From an uncultured Nitrospinota bacterium (GTDB taxonomy: Bacteria; Tectomicrobia; Entotheonellia; J063; CAVPRW01), in assembly GCA_963707985.1 (NCBI GenBank), contig CAVPRW010000003.1:86953-150952 (forward strand): DNA of 64,000 nucleotides, written 5' to 3'. Positions within the stretch are counted from its first letter, which is position 1, and the number at the start of each line of letters is the position of its first letter. This document shows, piece by piece, positions 24,501 through 36,300 of this stretch. The notes below the pieces were generated by a model. It saw only the letters and a program-made list of their open reading frames with translations. It was not told the origin of the DNA and did no database searches. Made by a program: the position numbers and the translations under genes.

Positions 24501-25685
24501 ATGTGGGAAAACAGATGTAAGGTGGCCGTCAGCGGCGTGGGATACTCGAAATTAACCCGGTCGGCGGATGTCCCCCTGGCCGCGCGTGCGCTGGAGGCAG
24601 TCAAAGCCGCCGTTGACGACTCCGGGTTGGATATGTCAGAAGTCGATGGACTGGCGACTTACGCGGAGTTACCGGCGACGGGGCACGCCATTGTGGACGG
24701 CATCAGCATCGTGTCGGTCAATTGTATGATGGCGATGCTGAAGCTCCCGAATCTGAGCTGGCACATCCAGGTGGAGACCGTCAATATCGGCGGTGCCGTC
24801 CAGCAGGCCGTTAACGCGCTCTTGGCTGGAGTCTGCAGATATGCGGTGGTCTGGCGGGCGATGCACAATCCCCGCGGCACCTATCAGAACTTGCCCGGTA
24901 GCTACGCTCAGGGAGCGGCGCAGTTCACCGCCCCGTATGGGTTTGGCGGCCCCGGTCAGGGCATGGCGGTGGCATACACCCGCTATCTGGAACGGCACAA
25001 CCAGAATCGGGAGAAGATGGCCACCCTGGCCGTGACCCAACGTAAACACGCCAACATGAACCCTGATGCCTACTTCTACAATACGCCGCTGACGCGAGAG
25101 GACTACCTGAATTCCAGAATGGTCGCTTATCCGTTTTGCCTGTTCGACTGCGATATCCCGGTGCAGGGGGCTGTCGCGATCGTGCTGACGACCGCCGATC
25201 GGGCCCGCGATTTGAAACCACGCCCGGCTTATATCGCGGGTTATGGTCAGCGGCTGGCCTTCGAGGTGGCAGGGCGCATCGGCAGTCTGAGTAACTACAT
25301 GGAGGGTGGCAGCAGCTCCGCCCGCCTCACGTGGGAGCGATCAGGGTTCACCCCCCAGGATGTCGATGTGGCACAGATCTACGACGGCTTCTCCGCCTCG
25401 GTCATCTACGGCCTGGAGTCCTACGGATTCTGTCAGGAGGGCGAGGCGCTGGATTTCATTCAGGGCGGACGCATCGAACTGGATGGCGAGCTACCCCTGA
25501 ACACCTTCGGTGGGAGCCTGAGCACCGGGCGCATCCATGGGCTATCCCATATCATTGAGGGAGCACTGCAAGCGTCAGGACGGGCGGGGGAGCGCCAGGT
25601 CAAAGATGTGCAGGTCTCCTTCGTTGGCGCCAGTGCGCCCATTGTGCAGGGGACGACATTCATCTTCGTCAGGGAACCCTATTGA
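24501..25685 (+). CDS. Thiolase-superfamily protein (SCP2/Ltp2-like)
   Basis: YLNSRMVAYPFCLFDCD, AQIYDGF, LNTFGGSLS.GRIHG. Confidence 0.88.
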   Translation: MWENRCKVAVSGVGYSKLTRSADVPLAARALEAVKAAVDDSGLDMSEVDGLATYAELPATGHAIVDGISIVSVNCMMAMLKLPNLSWHIQVETVNIGGAVQQAVNALLAGVCRYAVVWRAMHNPRGTYQNLPGSYAQGAAQFTAPYGFGGPGQGMAVAYTRYLERHNQNREKMATLAVTQRKHANMNPDAYFYNTPLTREDYLNSRMVAYPFCLFDCDIPVQGAVAIVLTTADRARDLKPRPAYIAGYGQRLAFEVAGRIGSLSNYMEGGSSSARLTWERSGFTPQDVDVAQIYDGFSASVIYGLESYGFCQEGEALDFIQGGRIELDGELPLNTFGGSLSTGRIHGLSHIIEGALQASGRAGERQVKDVQVSFVGASAPIVQGTTFIFVREPY

Positions 25686-26078
25686 CCGATATGGGAAAGC
25701 CAGAGCCCAGAGCAACTGCGAAGTATGTCACCAGGCGTATGCTCGGGAACTCCTCCTGTAGCAGCGCCACTTGCCGGCGGCCACGCCTGGCCCATGGCTC
25801 TTGCCGCCGGTCCCGCACCCACCCTGGCCAATCTCCATTTCACTACATCTACGAGCATGCCAAAACGGCTCACCTGAGAAGCCTCTTCGTCGATACATGT
25901 TAAGTGGCCGCACTTTCCAGCCCCAGGGATCAATGGCACCAGCGCGTTGTGGCGTTTTGCCAATCGTTCAGCGGCACGGGATAACGTTCGACTCGCGGCC
26001 CGTCAGGCGTCAAGATTGTGTGAAGAGTATTCGTCATTTGCTGATATCGAACACCTCATGCTGATTTACCAATGATCT

Positions 26079-26858
26079 TTACTGTCCCGACCCACGCGCC
26101 GTGATAAGCGCCTGAGCCCAGGCCTGATTGGCCTCAGCCAGGGGTGGGATGGGCGGCTGGGTGTAGTCGAGCCGCAGGTCATAGCGGGCGCGGCGGTACA
26201 GCGTATGGAGAACGCGATTCAGGGCAACTTCAGGTTCGTCATCGTCTGGCAATAAGGGGAGGGTAAAAGCGGGAATAGGCTGACGTAGCGTAAAAGCAAT
26301 GAGCGATGCGCGAGGCCGTTGTATGCCTCGGCTCACGAGGATCCGATAGTCACTCTGCACCTGTGCACCAACCACCGGCATAGGGTCTCCAGCCCGTAGT
26401 AGATCGATCTCGACAAGGTTTGTCCAACTACGGAAGACGTATCCACGCTTCCGCTCGTACTCCTCCCGTCCCTGCCTGTGCAGCTTATTGACAGGCGAGA
26501 GTAATTCCAAGATCGTGACCAGTTTTCCCGTCTTGACCTCGTGGACCTCAAGGAAATTTTCAGAGATCTCATCCTGCATGGGGACATCCACTTCCAGGAC
26601 AGTGACGGACGTCGCCACATGGTTCGGGGCAAATCCTAACGCATCAGTAGCTGAAGCGACGGCAATGTCAGGACGCCCAATGAAGACAAGATCATCTGCT
26701 TTCAAGAGGTACGTGCGCCGCTCTAATCCCACATAGTAGCGTGGGGCCACACGCTCACTCAGGTCATCAGCCAGGGCAGCAATGAGCCGATTGTGCACAT
26801 CAGGCCACAGCGAGGGGTGTTCAAGGTAGGGATCCATGCCCGGAAAAGGAGATTCCAT
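26079..26858 (-). CDS. DUF4058 family protein
   Basis: SPFPGMDPYLE, ELLSPVNK, LVEIDLLRAG. Confidence 0.9.
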   Translation of the reverse strand: MESPFPGMDPYLEHPSLWPDVHNRLIAALADDLSERVAPRYYVGLERRTYLLKADDLVFIGRPDIAVASATDALGFAPNHVATSVTVLEVDVPMQDEISENFLEVHEVKTGKLVTILELLSPVNKLHRQGREEYERKRGYVFRSWTNLVEIDLLRAGDPMPVVGAQVQSDYRILVSRGIQRPRASLIAFTLRQPIPAFTLPLLPDDDEPEVALNRVLHTLYRRARYDLRLDYTQPPIPPLAEANQAWAQALITARGSGQ

Positions 26859-26914
26859 AGGTTTATTGTACAGTTGATAGCGCGAGCGGTCAACGCTTTG
26901 CATGTGTGGCAGGA

Positions 26915-27355
26915 TTAGGTGTCAGGCCAGAAGGCAGCATCGAGGACCTGCTCAACAGTCCAGGGACATGTCTCTGGGAAGGTGGGCAGGGGCAAGCGTG
27001 TCTGCCGGGCAGCTCTGCGCAGGGCATGCGGATAACACTCCTGCAGCAGGGTCGGCAACTGCGGGCGCAGACTGGGACTCTCGGTGAGGCAGTCCGGGAT
27101 ACGAGCGCGATTTTCCACGATCGAATCGCGCCAACCGCGGGTCTGATAGTCCGGCTGATAACGCCACTTCAGCAGATGTAGGACCAGGTTCTCTAGATAG
27201 GAGCGGAGCTCTTTCCGCGCACTGCGTCCCAAGTCTTCGATCTCCTCCACAAGGTGCTCGCGGTCGATCTCGTGCCACTTCCCTTCCCGCAAGAGCGCGA
27301 TTTGCTCCTGCGTCCAGCGGTAAAAATCCTGTTCATAGAGCTCGGCGTTGCGCAT
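26915..27355 (-). CDS. DUF29 family protein
   Basis: LYEQDFYRW, HLLKWRYQP, SPSL, FPETCPW. Confidence 0.92.
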   Translation of the reverse strand: MRNAELYEQDFYRWTQEQIALLREGKWHEIDREHLVEEIEDLGRSARKELRSYLENLVLHLLKWRYQPDYQTRGWRDSIVENRARIPDCLTESPSLRPQLPTLLQECYPHALRRAARQTRLPLPTFPETCPWTVEQVLDAAFWPDT

Positions 27356-27598
27356 GGTTCCTCTCCTATCTCCGGCCATCGTCTACCCCGGCTTTGGGAC
27401 ACCCAAGCTGAGGGGATAGAACCGCATTATACTCCCTGCTCTCGACAGCATGCTATCACCCTAGGCACAGCAGGCAAGTATAGAGGCAAAGCAGGCGATG
27501 GCCAGTGTTGGGGGCAAGGGGCGGGAGCGCAGTGTGTCGCGGAGTTACCCGTGCGGTGGGATCCTCGGTTGGGGCTACTGCTGGAGGCAGCGCGACCT

Positions 27599-27790
27599 CT
27601 ATACTAAAGGGGGCGAGTCGGGTGCAGGTTCCGCGAGGCGGCTGGTCGACGGCGCGGACTCTTCGACTATCTTGATTTCCTCCGCCGTCAGGCCGTAGAG
27701 GACGTATACCAGATGGTCAATTTCGTGCTCCAAGATACTTGTATCGGCATTAGCGTTCTTCCGCTTTGTGTCCAATACCTCCTTCACTTT
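27599..27790 (-). pseudogene. C-terminal tail of a type IIG/Eco57I-like restriction-modification enzyme
   Basis: ADTSILEHEIDHLVYVLYGLTAEEIKIVE is the typical end of these enzymes; the rest of the gene is absent. Confidence 0.7.
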
Positions 27791-30253
27791 CACGGTAGCG
27801 GAGGTCTTCGTGGATGAGTTCCTCGATTTCTGTGTTCTGGAGAATGTTGTCCTCGAAGGTGGCGGCGATGTCCACGAGGGCCATGCGGGCTTCGACGCGG
27901 TTCTTGAGGTTGATGTACTTGTTGAGGTCTTCGGTGGGCCAGAAGTTGACGAGCTGGACGGTGTGACTAGCACTGCCAATGCGGTCAATGCGTCCGAAGC
28001 GCTGGATGATTCGGACGGGATTCCAGTGGATGTCGTAGTTGATGAGGTAATCGCAGTCCTGGAGGTTCTGGCCTTCGGAGATGCAGTCCGTGGCAATGAG
28101 GAGGTCGATTTCACCCGTCTGCGGCATGGTGGGAATCTTGTTCCGACACTTGGAGCGCGGCGAGAAATTGGTGAGGATGTGGTCGAAGGCGGTTCCGCCA
28201 ATGGTGGTACGGTTGTCGCCCCTGCCGCACACCAGCGCGACGTGGATGCCAAGGTCTTTGTGGGCCCACTGCACAAGCGATTCGTAGAGATAGATGGCCG
28301 TGTCGGCAAAGGCGGTGAAGACGAGAACCTTTTTGTTTGGTTCGCCGAGCTTGTTCGTGGTGGGCTCGGCAACCTTGGCGGCGATGAGCTTTTTGAGCTC
28401 TTGCAGTTTCGCGTCAGTCTCCGGGCTGACATCCTTGGCGGCGTTGAACAGGATGCGGAGCTGGTCTTTGTCCCTTTTGAGATCTTTGAGCCAGTCGTTC
28501 AACCGCAAGTGCTGCAGTTGGTAGGTGAATTTCCCGCCGACCAGCAAGGCTTCTTCCAGTTCTTCGTCCTGTCCAGGGTCGCCGAAGTCGAGTTCCAGTT
28601 CATCCGATTCGGGGTCTCTGGTTGGGCAAAGCCTGGAAGTTTCGAATCTTTTTCTCCAAGGCTTCAATCTTGGCGATGGTGCGGTCCATGGTGATTTCAA
28701 ACGACTTCACGCAACTCTCCAGGCGCTTGAGGAAGTTCACTTTCATCATGCCGATGAGGAACGTCTCGCGGTCGGCCTGCGTGAAGGGGTCGTGAGTCGA
28801 GGTTTGGTATGCCTTCTTGAACTTCTCGTAGACATATTTGAATGGGTTGAACAGGGAGAGCTTGTAGCCCACGATTTCATCGTTGAGCTTATCGTAGGAG
28901 AGGAATCGTCCGCGCAGATCGATGTCGGGATAGATCGAGATAGGCTTCTTCCGCTCCGGAAAACCACCAAGTTGGGCGATGCTCTGGTTGTAGTACCTCT
29001 GAATGTGCTTGCGGGAGCGAGCGATGGTGAGTTCGTCGAGTAGTTTGAAAAAGGCGGCGTTGAGCCTCTCAAGCAGTTCGTTGGTCTTGCGTTCGGAGCT
29101 TTGCTGTCGCGCCCAGAAGGAGAACACCTTTTGAGCAGCCGCGAGGGTTTCTTTGAGGCTGCCGATGCCGAGCGTGTCGGCAAACGCCCAGTCGTCGCCT
29201 TCAGTCAGGAAATAGAGCTGGTTGCGCAGGTCTTTCAGGTCATTGTTTACCGGTGTCGCTGAGAGGAGAAGCACCTTGGTGCGAACACCGGCCTTGATGA
29301 TTTCGTCCATAAGCCGCTGATAACGGCTTTTCCGGATGAGGTTGCCGGCTTCGTCGCGCTTGCCCGGAGTGTTGTTACGGAAGTTGTGCGATTCGTCGAT
29401 GACAATGAGATCGTAGTTGCCCCAATTGAGCGTTTCGAGGTTGATGTCACCGGAATAGCCGCGGTCCCGACTGAGGTCGGTGTGGGCGAGCACGTCGTAG
29501 CGGAAGCGGTCGGCAAGGAAAGGATTGAGGCGACTATTGGCTTTGTAAACGGCCCAGTTCGGCGTCGGTTTTGCCGGTGTCGTCCAGGAACTTTTCAAAA
29601 ATGTGGAAGAGGGTCTTGTAATAGATGAACTCCAGCGCGTTGTTCTCGTAGAGCTGCTGGAGATATTGTAGGACCTCTTGTTTGACATCCTTGACCAGAT
29701 TGGGATGGCTCCAAAGATCGTCGAACCATTGCTTCAGTTCCTGGCCATCGCGATCGCCGTCAACGATGAGGTTCAGCTCGATGTTATTATTGCCGTTGCC
29801 CAGGCCTAGGCCGCGCACCGTGAAATTTGAGCTCCCCAAGATGGCCTCTTCGACTCCTGACGTTGCCACATAATACATCTTGCCGTGCAGCAGGTTGGAT
29901 TGCTTGATGGTTTTGATGTCGACCTTGCGCTCTATCCAGGCGGCGCATTCCTTGGCGACGCGCTTTTGCTGGAGCTTGTTGGCCAGCTCTAGCCCATCGG
30001 CATCGATGATAAACGACTTCTTCTCCGTCTTGCTGGGATCGAGTCGGTTGACGAAGGATGGCTCACCGAACAGGAAATCAAGGTGGTCGATGCGGTCGAG
30101 GCACTCTTTGAGCGCGTCGTAAGCGTAAATGGTAAAGTAGGCGGAGACAACAGACAGCCGCGAACCGTCCTGAATTTCTCCTTTGAGGAACTCAGCGACA
30201 GTCCCGCGTGTATGATTATCGCGAAGTCCCGAGTTGCTAGAGGGCATTGGCAT
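27791..30253 (-). pseudogene. PLD-nuclease + SNF2-like helicase, internally deleted and C-terminally truncated
   Basis: LHGKMY..GSSNFT (PLD), DESH, SATP, ATDCISEGQNLQ, IQRFGRIDRIG; no Walker A; frame changes ~29558 and ~28620. Confidence 0.8.
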
Positions 30254-30579
30254 GTGGTTAAGGCTCTTTCACCTTAAGTTGTCCAGGCGCTAATTCAATT
30301 TTCTCTTGTAAAGCAATACGTTACAAATCTCATTGCCATTTGCCGTGAACATTCTAAACTATTGAAATTCTGTGATCTATTTTCTACAGTTCTACACAGA
30401 TGTCAACCAAATTTGCGAAAAGATCGGTCAGATCCTGTGCCATCTACCACGCTGTGCAGACCCACCTCACTATCGCACCCGCGCGTGCCTCCCGCGTGAG
30501 GGCTACGGGTAGACATCGAGAAGAAATGCGTTTAAATTTCCTGTATCATAACAGGGCGCTTCCGAAAGAGGTGACAGCT

Positions 30580-30891
30580 ATGACCCAGCTAACAATTGAG
30601 ATTCCCGATGCACTGGCACGGCGCTTGGCTTGGTTAGCGTCAGAGCAGAAAAAAAGCGTCGAGCAAGTGGCCGTTGAACAATTAGCATCTTTACTTGAGC
30701 CGTCAGCGGAGAATCTTGCGGAAAAATATGAGCGGTTCTTCCAGCAGAGTGGCCTGTTTGTAGAGCGCTTGGCAGAGGAGAAGCAGCGTTACCAGGCCGT
30801 CTCCGAAGAACGATTGAAAGAACTGGCCGCGAAGCTGGGAGCGGCGGGGCCTCTGTCTGAAGTAATCGTTGCAGAGCGAGGTCGGAACTGA
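30580..30891 (+). CDS. Putative antitoxin (RHH-like)
   Basis: MTQLTIEIPDALARRL..GPLSEVIVAER; stop overlaps the PIN gene start. Confidence 0.7.
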   Translation: MTQLTIEIPDALARRLAWLASEQKKSVEQVAVEQLASLLEPSAENLAEKYERFFQQSGLFVERLAEEKQRYQAVSEERLKELAAKLGAAGPLSEVIVAERGRN

Positions 30892-31355
30892 TGCCTTTCT
30901 ACCATTGCGATTCCAGCGGTCTGGTCAAGCGCTACGTAGATGAGGTTGGCTCCGATTGGGTCAGAGCTATAGTGGCTCCGGCTTCCGCTAACATCGTCAG
31001 TATCGTGGACATCACACGGGCTGAAGTGACCGGTGCACTTGCCAGACGCGCTCGCGAAGGCATCATCACACTGAACGAAAGAGATGAGTTGATCCAGACC
31101 TTCCGAGCCCACTGCGCCATGCAATATCGCATTGTCCCGACTCAGCCAGGGATCATTGATCTTGCCGCTGAACTTGTCCAACGCCATCCACTGCGGGCTT
31201 ACGACGCAGTGCAGTTGGCTTCCGCCAGTATCGTTAATCAATCGTTACTCGCTCATGGCTTGCCACCGCTGATTTTCGTTACCGCAGATGACCGCCTCAT
31301 CACCGCGACGCGCGGGGAAGCGGTGACAGCAGAGAATCCAAATCTGCACTCGTAG
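30891..31355 (+). CDS. vapC: VapC/PIN toxin
   Basis: DSSGLVKRY, E, LRAYDAVQLA, FVTAD acidic residues present. Confidence 0.88.
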   Translation: MPFYHCDSSGLVKRYVDEVGSDWVRAIVAPASANIVSIVDITRAEVTGALARRAREGIITLNERDELIQTFRAHCAMQYRIVPTQPGIIDLAAELVQRHPLRAYDAVQLASASIVNQSLLAHGLPPLIFVTADDRLITATRGEAVTAENPNLHS

Positions 31356-31708
31356 AGCGAGGTAACGAAGCCGCAATCTCGTCGCGACCTCCTGTGCCCC
31401 AGCCCGGAGTTAAGCCGACTGTGCCGCATTGGGAAGTACGTTAGGAGCTGTGGACCAGCTCGGAGATCCATAGGTGCTTGGCTGGGCCTGACAAGCGCGC
31501 TTGACGTCATAGAGCCTTGGGACGACACAGCGCCAAGGCTTCCAGCGCATTGAACGGATCGGTATACCACAAGGCTTATACGCGGGGAGCCTCCCCCACG
31601 CTACCGCCACCGCCGGGCCACGCCAGGCCCATTGCGCTTGCCTCAGGCCCAGCCTCACCTGCGCAGGTCCTCTCTGGCCCATCGCGGCGGCGACCTGATT
31701 GTGCGTGC

Positions 31709-32554
31709 CTAGCGCAGGACCGCTTCGGCCATGCGCTCTAACTGTGCGCCCATCTCGGCTTCGGTCTCGACATGTTCGGGCCGCACCACGACACGGTCGG
31801 CACCGGCATTGAGGAGCGACTGCACGACCGTCCGGTCCGGGAGCTGGCCATAGACGGAAATACTAATCGACCTCGGGTCCCGCCCCGCTTCCTTGGCCAT
31901 GGCGTCGAGCTCTCCGCGGCACTTCTCGATCTCCGCGGGCGTGATGCGGTTCGGCAACCAGCCATCAGCATGGGCCACCACCCGGCGCAACACGTTCTTG
32001 GCGTGTCCCCCGAGGATCACCGGCGGATGCGGCTGCTGGGCGGGTTTGGGAAAGGATCGCACAGGTGGAAAATTGAAATAACGGCCGTGGTACTCCGCCT
32101 CGTCATGGGTCCAGAGGGCCTTCATGACCTCAATGGCTTCCCGGGTCTGCGTCCAGCGGTGCTCGAAGTCGCCACCCATGAGCTCGGTTTCCTCCCGCAG
32201 CCAGCCCGTGCCGATGCCAAACAGGAAGCGTCCGCCGCTAAACCGATCGAGGCTGGCGATCTCCTTGGCCAGGAGGAGGGGGTTACGCTCGGGTACCAGG
32301 GTAATGCCCGTGCCGAGTTTAATGGTGCGGGTGACCCCGGAAGCCCTGGCCAGGGCGATGTAGGGATCGGTGAAATGGGAATAGGTCCAGGGGATCTCGC
32401 CGCCAGTGGACGGGAAGGGGCTGGCGCTGTGCACCGGCACGGCGGGATGCTCCGCGTACCAGATCGACTCGAAACCCAGCTCTTCGGCTTTCTTGGCCAT
32501 AAAGGCCGGGTCGATGGTATAGGCCGGCAGGGGAACGGATGTGCCAATATTCAT
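31709..32554 (-). CDS. LLM-class (F420-dependent-type) oxidoreductase
   Basis: AEELGFESIWYAEH, LGTGI, LAKEIASLD..SGGRFLFGIGTGW. Confidence 0.9.
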   Translation of the reverse strand: MNIGTSVPLPAYTIDPAFMAKKAEELGFESIWYAEHPAVPVHSASPFPSTGGEIPWTYSHFTDPYIALARASGVTRTIKLGTGITLVPERNPLLLAKEIASLDRFSGGRFLFGIGTGWLREETELMGGDFEHRWTQTREAIEVMKALWTHDEAEYHGRYFNFPPVRSFPKPAQQPHPPVILGGHAKNVLRRVVAHADGWLPNRITPAEIEKCRGELDAMAKEAGRDPRSISISVYGQLPDRTVVQSLLNAGADRVVVRPEHVETEAEMGAQLERMAEAVLR

Positions 32555-32741
32555 GATGAGATACTCCTCTGCTGTGAGGTTAGAATGATGCACAGACAAA
32601 CGGACAATGAACAGCGGAATAGGGAGAATAAACCACATTTTTCCCACCGTGTCACCTGATTCGGTCGTTTCCCCCATGATTGCTCGTCTTGATGCACGCC
32701 GACAGGGAAGAGGGCTTGCGGCCTGCCAGCGGTGCGAAGCA

Positions 32742-33127
32742 CTAGGACGGTAGCATCTTCTGCAACGTCTTTAGGACCGAATCGTCGTCGGGCCGCGTGC
32801 GGATGTTCTTGAGCAGACGCTCGACCACCTGTGCGGCTTGTTTCTCGTCGTATCCCAGAGCCTTCACCTCGGCAATCACCTCAATCTGCTTCTGTAACAA
32901 GACGGATATCGCTCATCCCTCGCAGGTGCTGGATGCCGACTTTGGCCAACTGCCAGAGGCCAGCCAGCCCCACCAGCCACAGCCCCAGTCGTCACATCAA
33001 GGCGTGTTGGCGACTGCTTTTGCACCTCCACGGCTACGCTGTGGGTGATGTCTTCCAGCATGCGCCGGACTTCGTCGTCTGCCATGACGCTGGCTTCAAA
33101 CGCTTCCAGTTCCCGTCTGTCCATCAC
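32742..33127 (-). CDS. Small (~126 aa) helical protein with central hydrophobic helix; two 1-nt frameshifts
   Basis: RBS AAGGAGG; removing one extra base near 32985 and one near 32905 gives MDRRELEAFE..QSPTRLDVTTGLWLVGLAGLWQLAKVGIQHL..KALGYDEKQAAQVVERLLKNI..KMLPS*. Confidence 0.6.
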
Positions 33128-33340
33128 GACATTGGCCTCCTTCACCGTGTGGTCCTGTCTGTGTCACCCAGACGCTTGCCAGGACATCATACGCGGTAAC
33201 CAAAAAATTGACACATTGTGCCTGGCAATTGTCGCAGGTGTAGAATCCATCAAGCGGATCGTTTCATGCGTCTCAAAAAAGTGCTACGCTGTTGCCATCG
33301 AATCATGCGTGAGGCGTCCCAATCTTGGGGGATGAGCGCG

Positions 33341-36300
33341 ATGGCTGAGCTGAGACTCGTGTTTCAACCGGCACCAGACACCACCATGACGGTCCGCGTC
33401 GACTTCAGCAGTGCGGATGGCGGCATGCGCGGCGGTGGACCACCACAACCGTTCACGTTCCAGTTGCGTCCCGAGGATTATGTCGATTTGCGCTGGTACC
33501 TTGAAGAGTTCATGGACCTGCCCATTGGCGGTTCCGTGCTGCGTGCCAATCGCATCGAACAATCACTGATCCAGTGGGGCCGCGATCTGTACAAGGCGAT
33601 CTTTGATTACGGTGACCACCGCGATTTGATACGCGACCTGATGCGACGCCGAACCACCGCGCTTATTGACGATCGCCACCAGCAACGGCGACATTCTGCG
33701 CTTGCCGTGGGAACTCATGGCCGACGAGCGCGGCCCGCTGACGCGCCGCGATGTCACCATCCGCCGGCAGTTGGAAACGGGGCACCAGCACCTGGCGTAC
33801 GACGTCGGTGCGCCGCTGCGCCTGCTGGTGGTCGTCAGTCGGCCCGACAACGCCGGGTTCATCGATCCGCGCCACAGCACCCGTGCCATGCTGGATGCCC
33901 TCACCTCCCTTGGCGACAACGTGACGGTCGAGTTCTGCCGGCCCCCCACCCTGGCGCGGCTGGAGGAGATGCTGGCCGAGTCCAATGGGGCCTACGACAT
34001 CGTGCACTTCGACGGCCATGGCAACTACGATCGGCTCCTGGGACTGGGCGTGCTGCTGTTCGAAAAGGCCCAACAACCCGGACAGGCACGCGTCGACATG
34101 GACCCGGTGCGCGCCGACGACCTGGGCAACCTGCTGGCGCGCTACCATATTCCGTTGGTGATCCTGGAAGCCTGCCGCAGCAGCGAGGTCGGTGACGTGG
34201 CGTTTCGCTCGGTGGCGCCGCGCTTGATCGAAGCGGGCGTGGGCAGCGTCATCGCCATGAGTTATGCCGTGCACGTCGAGGCGGCCAGGATTCTGCTCAC
34301 GCGCTTCTACCGCGAGCTGGCGCGCGGTCGCAGCATCGGCCAGGCCATGGAAAGTGGCCGCGGGGCGCTCATGGCCCAACGGGATCGCTGGCTGCAGTAT
34401 GGCCCGCAAGGCAAGAACTATCCAACTCCAGGACTGGTTCCTGCCGCAACTGTACCAGCGTGGCAGCGACATGCGGATGGTGGGGACTTCGGCACGACCA
34501 GATACCCCCCAGGAAGCCGCCAAAGCGTCGCCAATCAGCGACCGCCCGCGTTTCCCCACAGGCCAGCACATCGGCGCCTTCCCGCGTCCGCCGCTGTACA
34601 ACTTCCACGGCCGCGCCCGTGAGCTGTACGCCCTGGAACGCGCCTTGCGCACCGACCGGGCCATCCTGCTGCACGCCATGGGCGGCATGGGCAAGACGGC
34701 CCTGGCCCGCGAGGCGGGCGATTGGCTCACCCGGACTGGGTTGTTCCCTGACGGGGCCTGCTTCCTGAGCTTCGAACAGCCGGTCACGGCCGAGCGCATC
34801 GCCCAGGTGCTGGGTTCCTATCTGGAAGGCCACGGCTTTGAGGCCCTGAGCCAGGCCGAGCAGCTTGAGCGCGCCCGCCAGTTGTTCCAGGAACAGGATG
34901 TGTTGATGGTCTGGGACAATTTTGAAAGCCTGCTCGAAACCTTCGATAACGCCGCACAGGGCTCCCGGCCCGTCCAGGACGGCGTCCGGCGAGTCGTCCG
35001 CCGTCACCCTCGCGATTGCACTCGGGATATACCACCGAGGAACGCACGCGGATTATCACGCTCTTCCGCGACTGGACCGAGGACCCGGCGGGTCACGGCC
35101 GCTTGCTCATCACCTGCCGTCCGCGGGAAGCGGGCTTGCCGGGGGTGCGGCGAATGGAGCTGGCCGGTCTGGCTCGCCCAGACAGTTTGTATCTGCTGGC
35201 CCAGGTGCTGCGCAAACACGACACGTCGCTGGATGACGACGCGTTTCGATAAAGACAACCTGGGGGCGTTGCTGGACGTGCTGGGCGATCATCCGCTGTC
35301 GATCGAGCTGGTCGGCCCGCATCTGAAGCAACTGACGCCCGAACAGATCGTGGCCCACTTCCGCGAGCTGCTGGACCAATTCACTGGTGATGCCGAGGTC
35401 GAGCGCAACCGCTCGCTCCTGGCCTCGCTGCGCTTTTCGACCAGCCGGCTGAGCGCCCAGGCCAAGGCTGCGTCTGCCGTGGCTCGGCCTGTTCCAGGGT
35501 GGCGTGTTTGAGCAGATCTTGCTCGACGTGAGCCAGATGGACCCGGCCGCGTGGGATGGGGTGCGGGCGGAACTGGAAGCAACCGCCCTGGTGCGGGTGG
35601 AAACGGACATCGAGATCAACAACCGCCCCTACCTGCGCTTCCATCCCACACTGCCGTATGCCGTCGGAGGGGCGGTGCTCGCCGATGCCACCGCCAGCCA
35701 GGCCGATGCGGATGACGGCGGGCTCAGCCTGGCGGACCAGGAAGACGTCCGCCAGCGGTTCATCGCGGTTTACCGTGCATTGACCGTGGCGATTGACAGA
35801 GCCCTTCGCGGCTCAGCCGCGCGTGGTGGCATGGACGTGTTGGCGCGGGAGGAGGCGAACGTTCGCACGGCGGTGCGCTGGGCGGTGGCATCGGACCAAT
35901 TCGACGTCGCTGCCGCAGATGGGCAATACGTTCCGCGAGTATCTGGAACGCTGCGGCCCGGTTGCGCGAGCGCGACACAATGGTCGGCCTGGCTGGCCGA
36001 CGCGGCAGCGCACACCACGTTCAGCGCAGCGGTGGCAGGAGCGGAACGTAATCGGGCCTGGTCGCTGTTCACGCAGGGACACACCGCCGAGGCCATCCAG
36101 ATGCTCGACGCCCTTATCGAGCGCTTGCAACAGACCACCGCATTCGATGCGGCCTTTCAGTTAGCCACTGCACAATCGCAACTCGGTCGCATCTACCAAG
36201 AAGCCGGTCATGCCAAGCGGGCGATCCCGATCCTGAGCGAGGCGGTGGGCGCCTGGGAGCGGCTCGTAAGACAGGCTGCCAACCTGTTGCCGTCTGAGAC

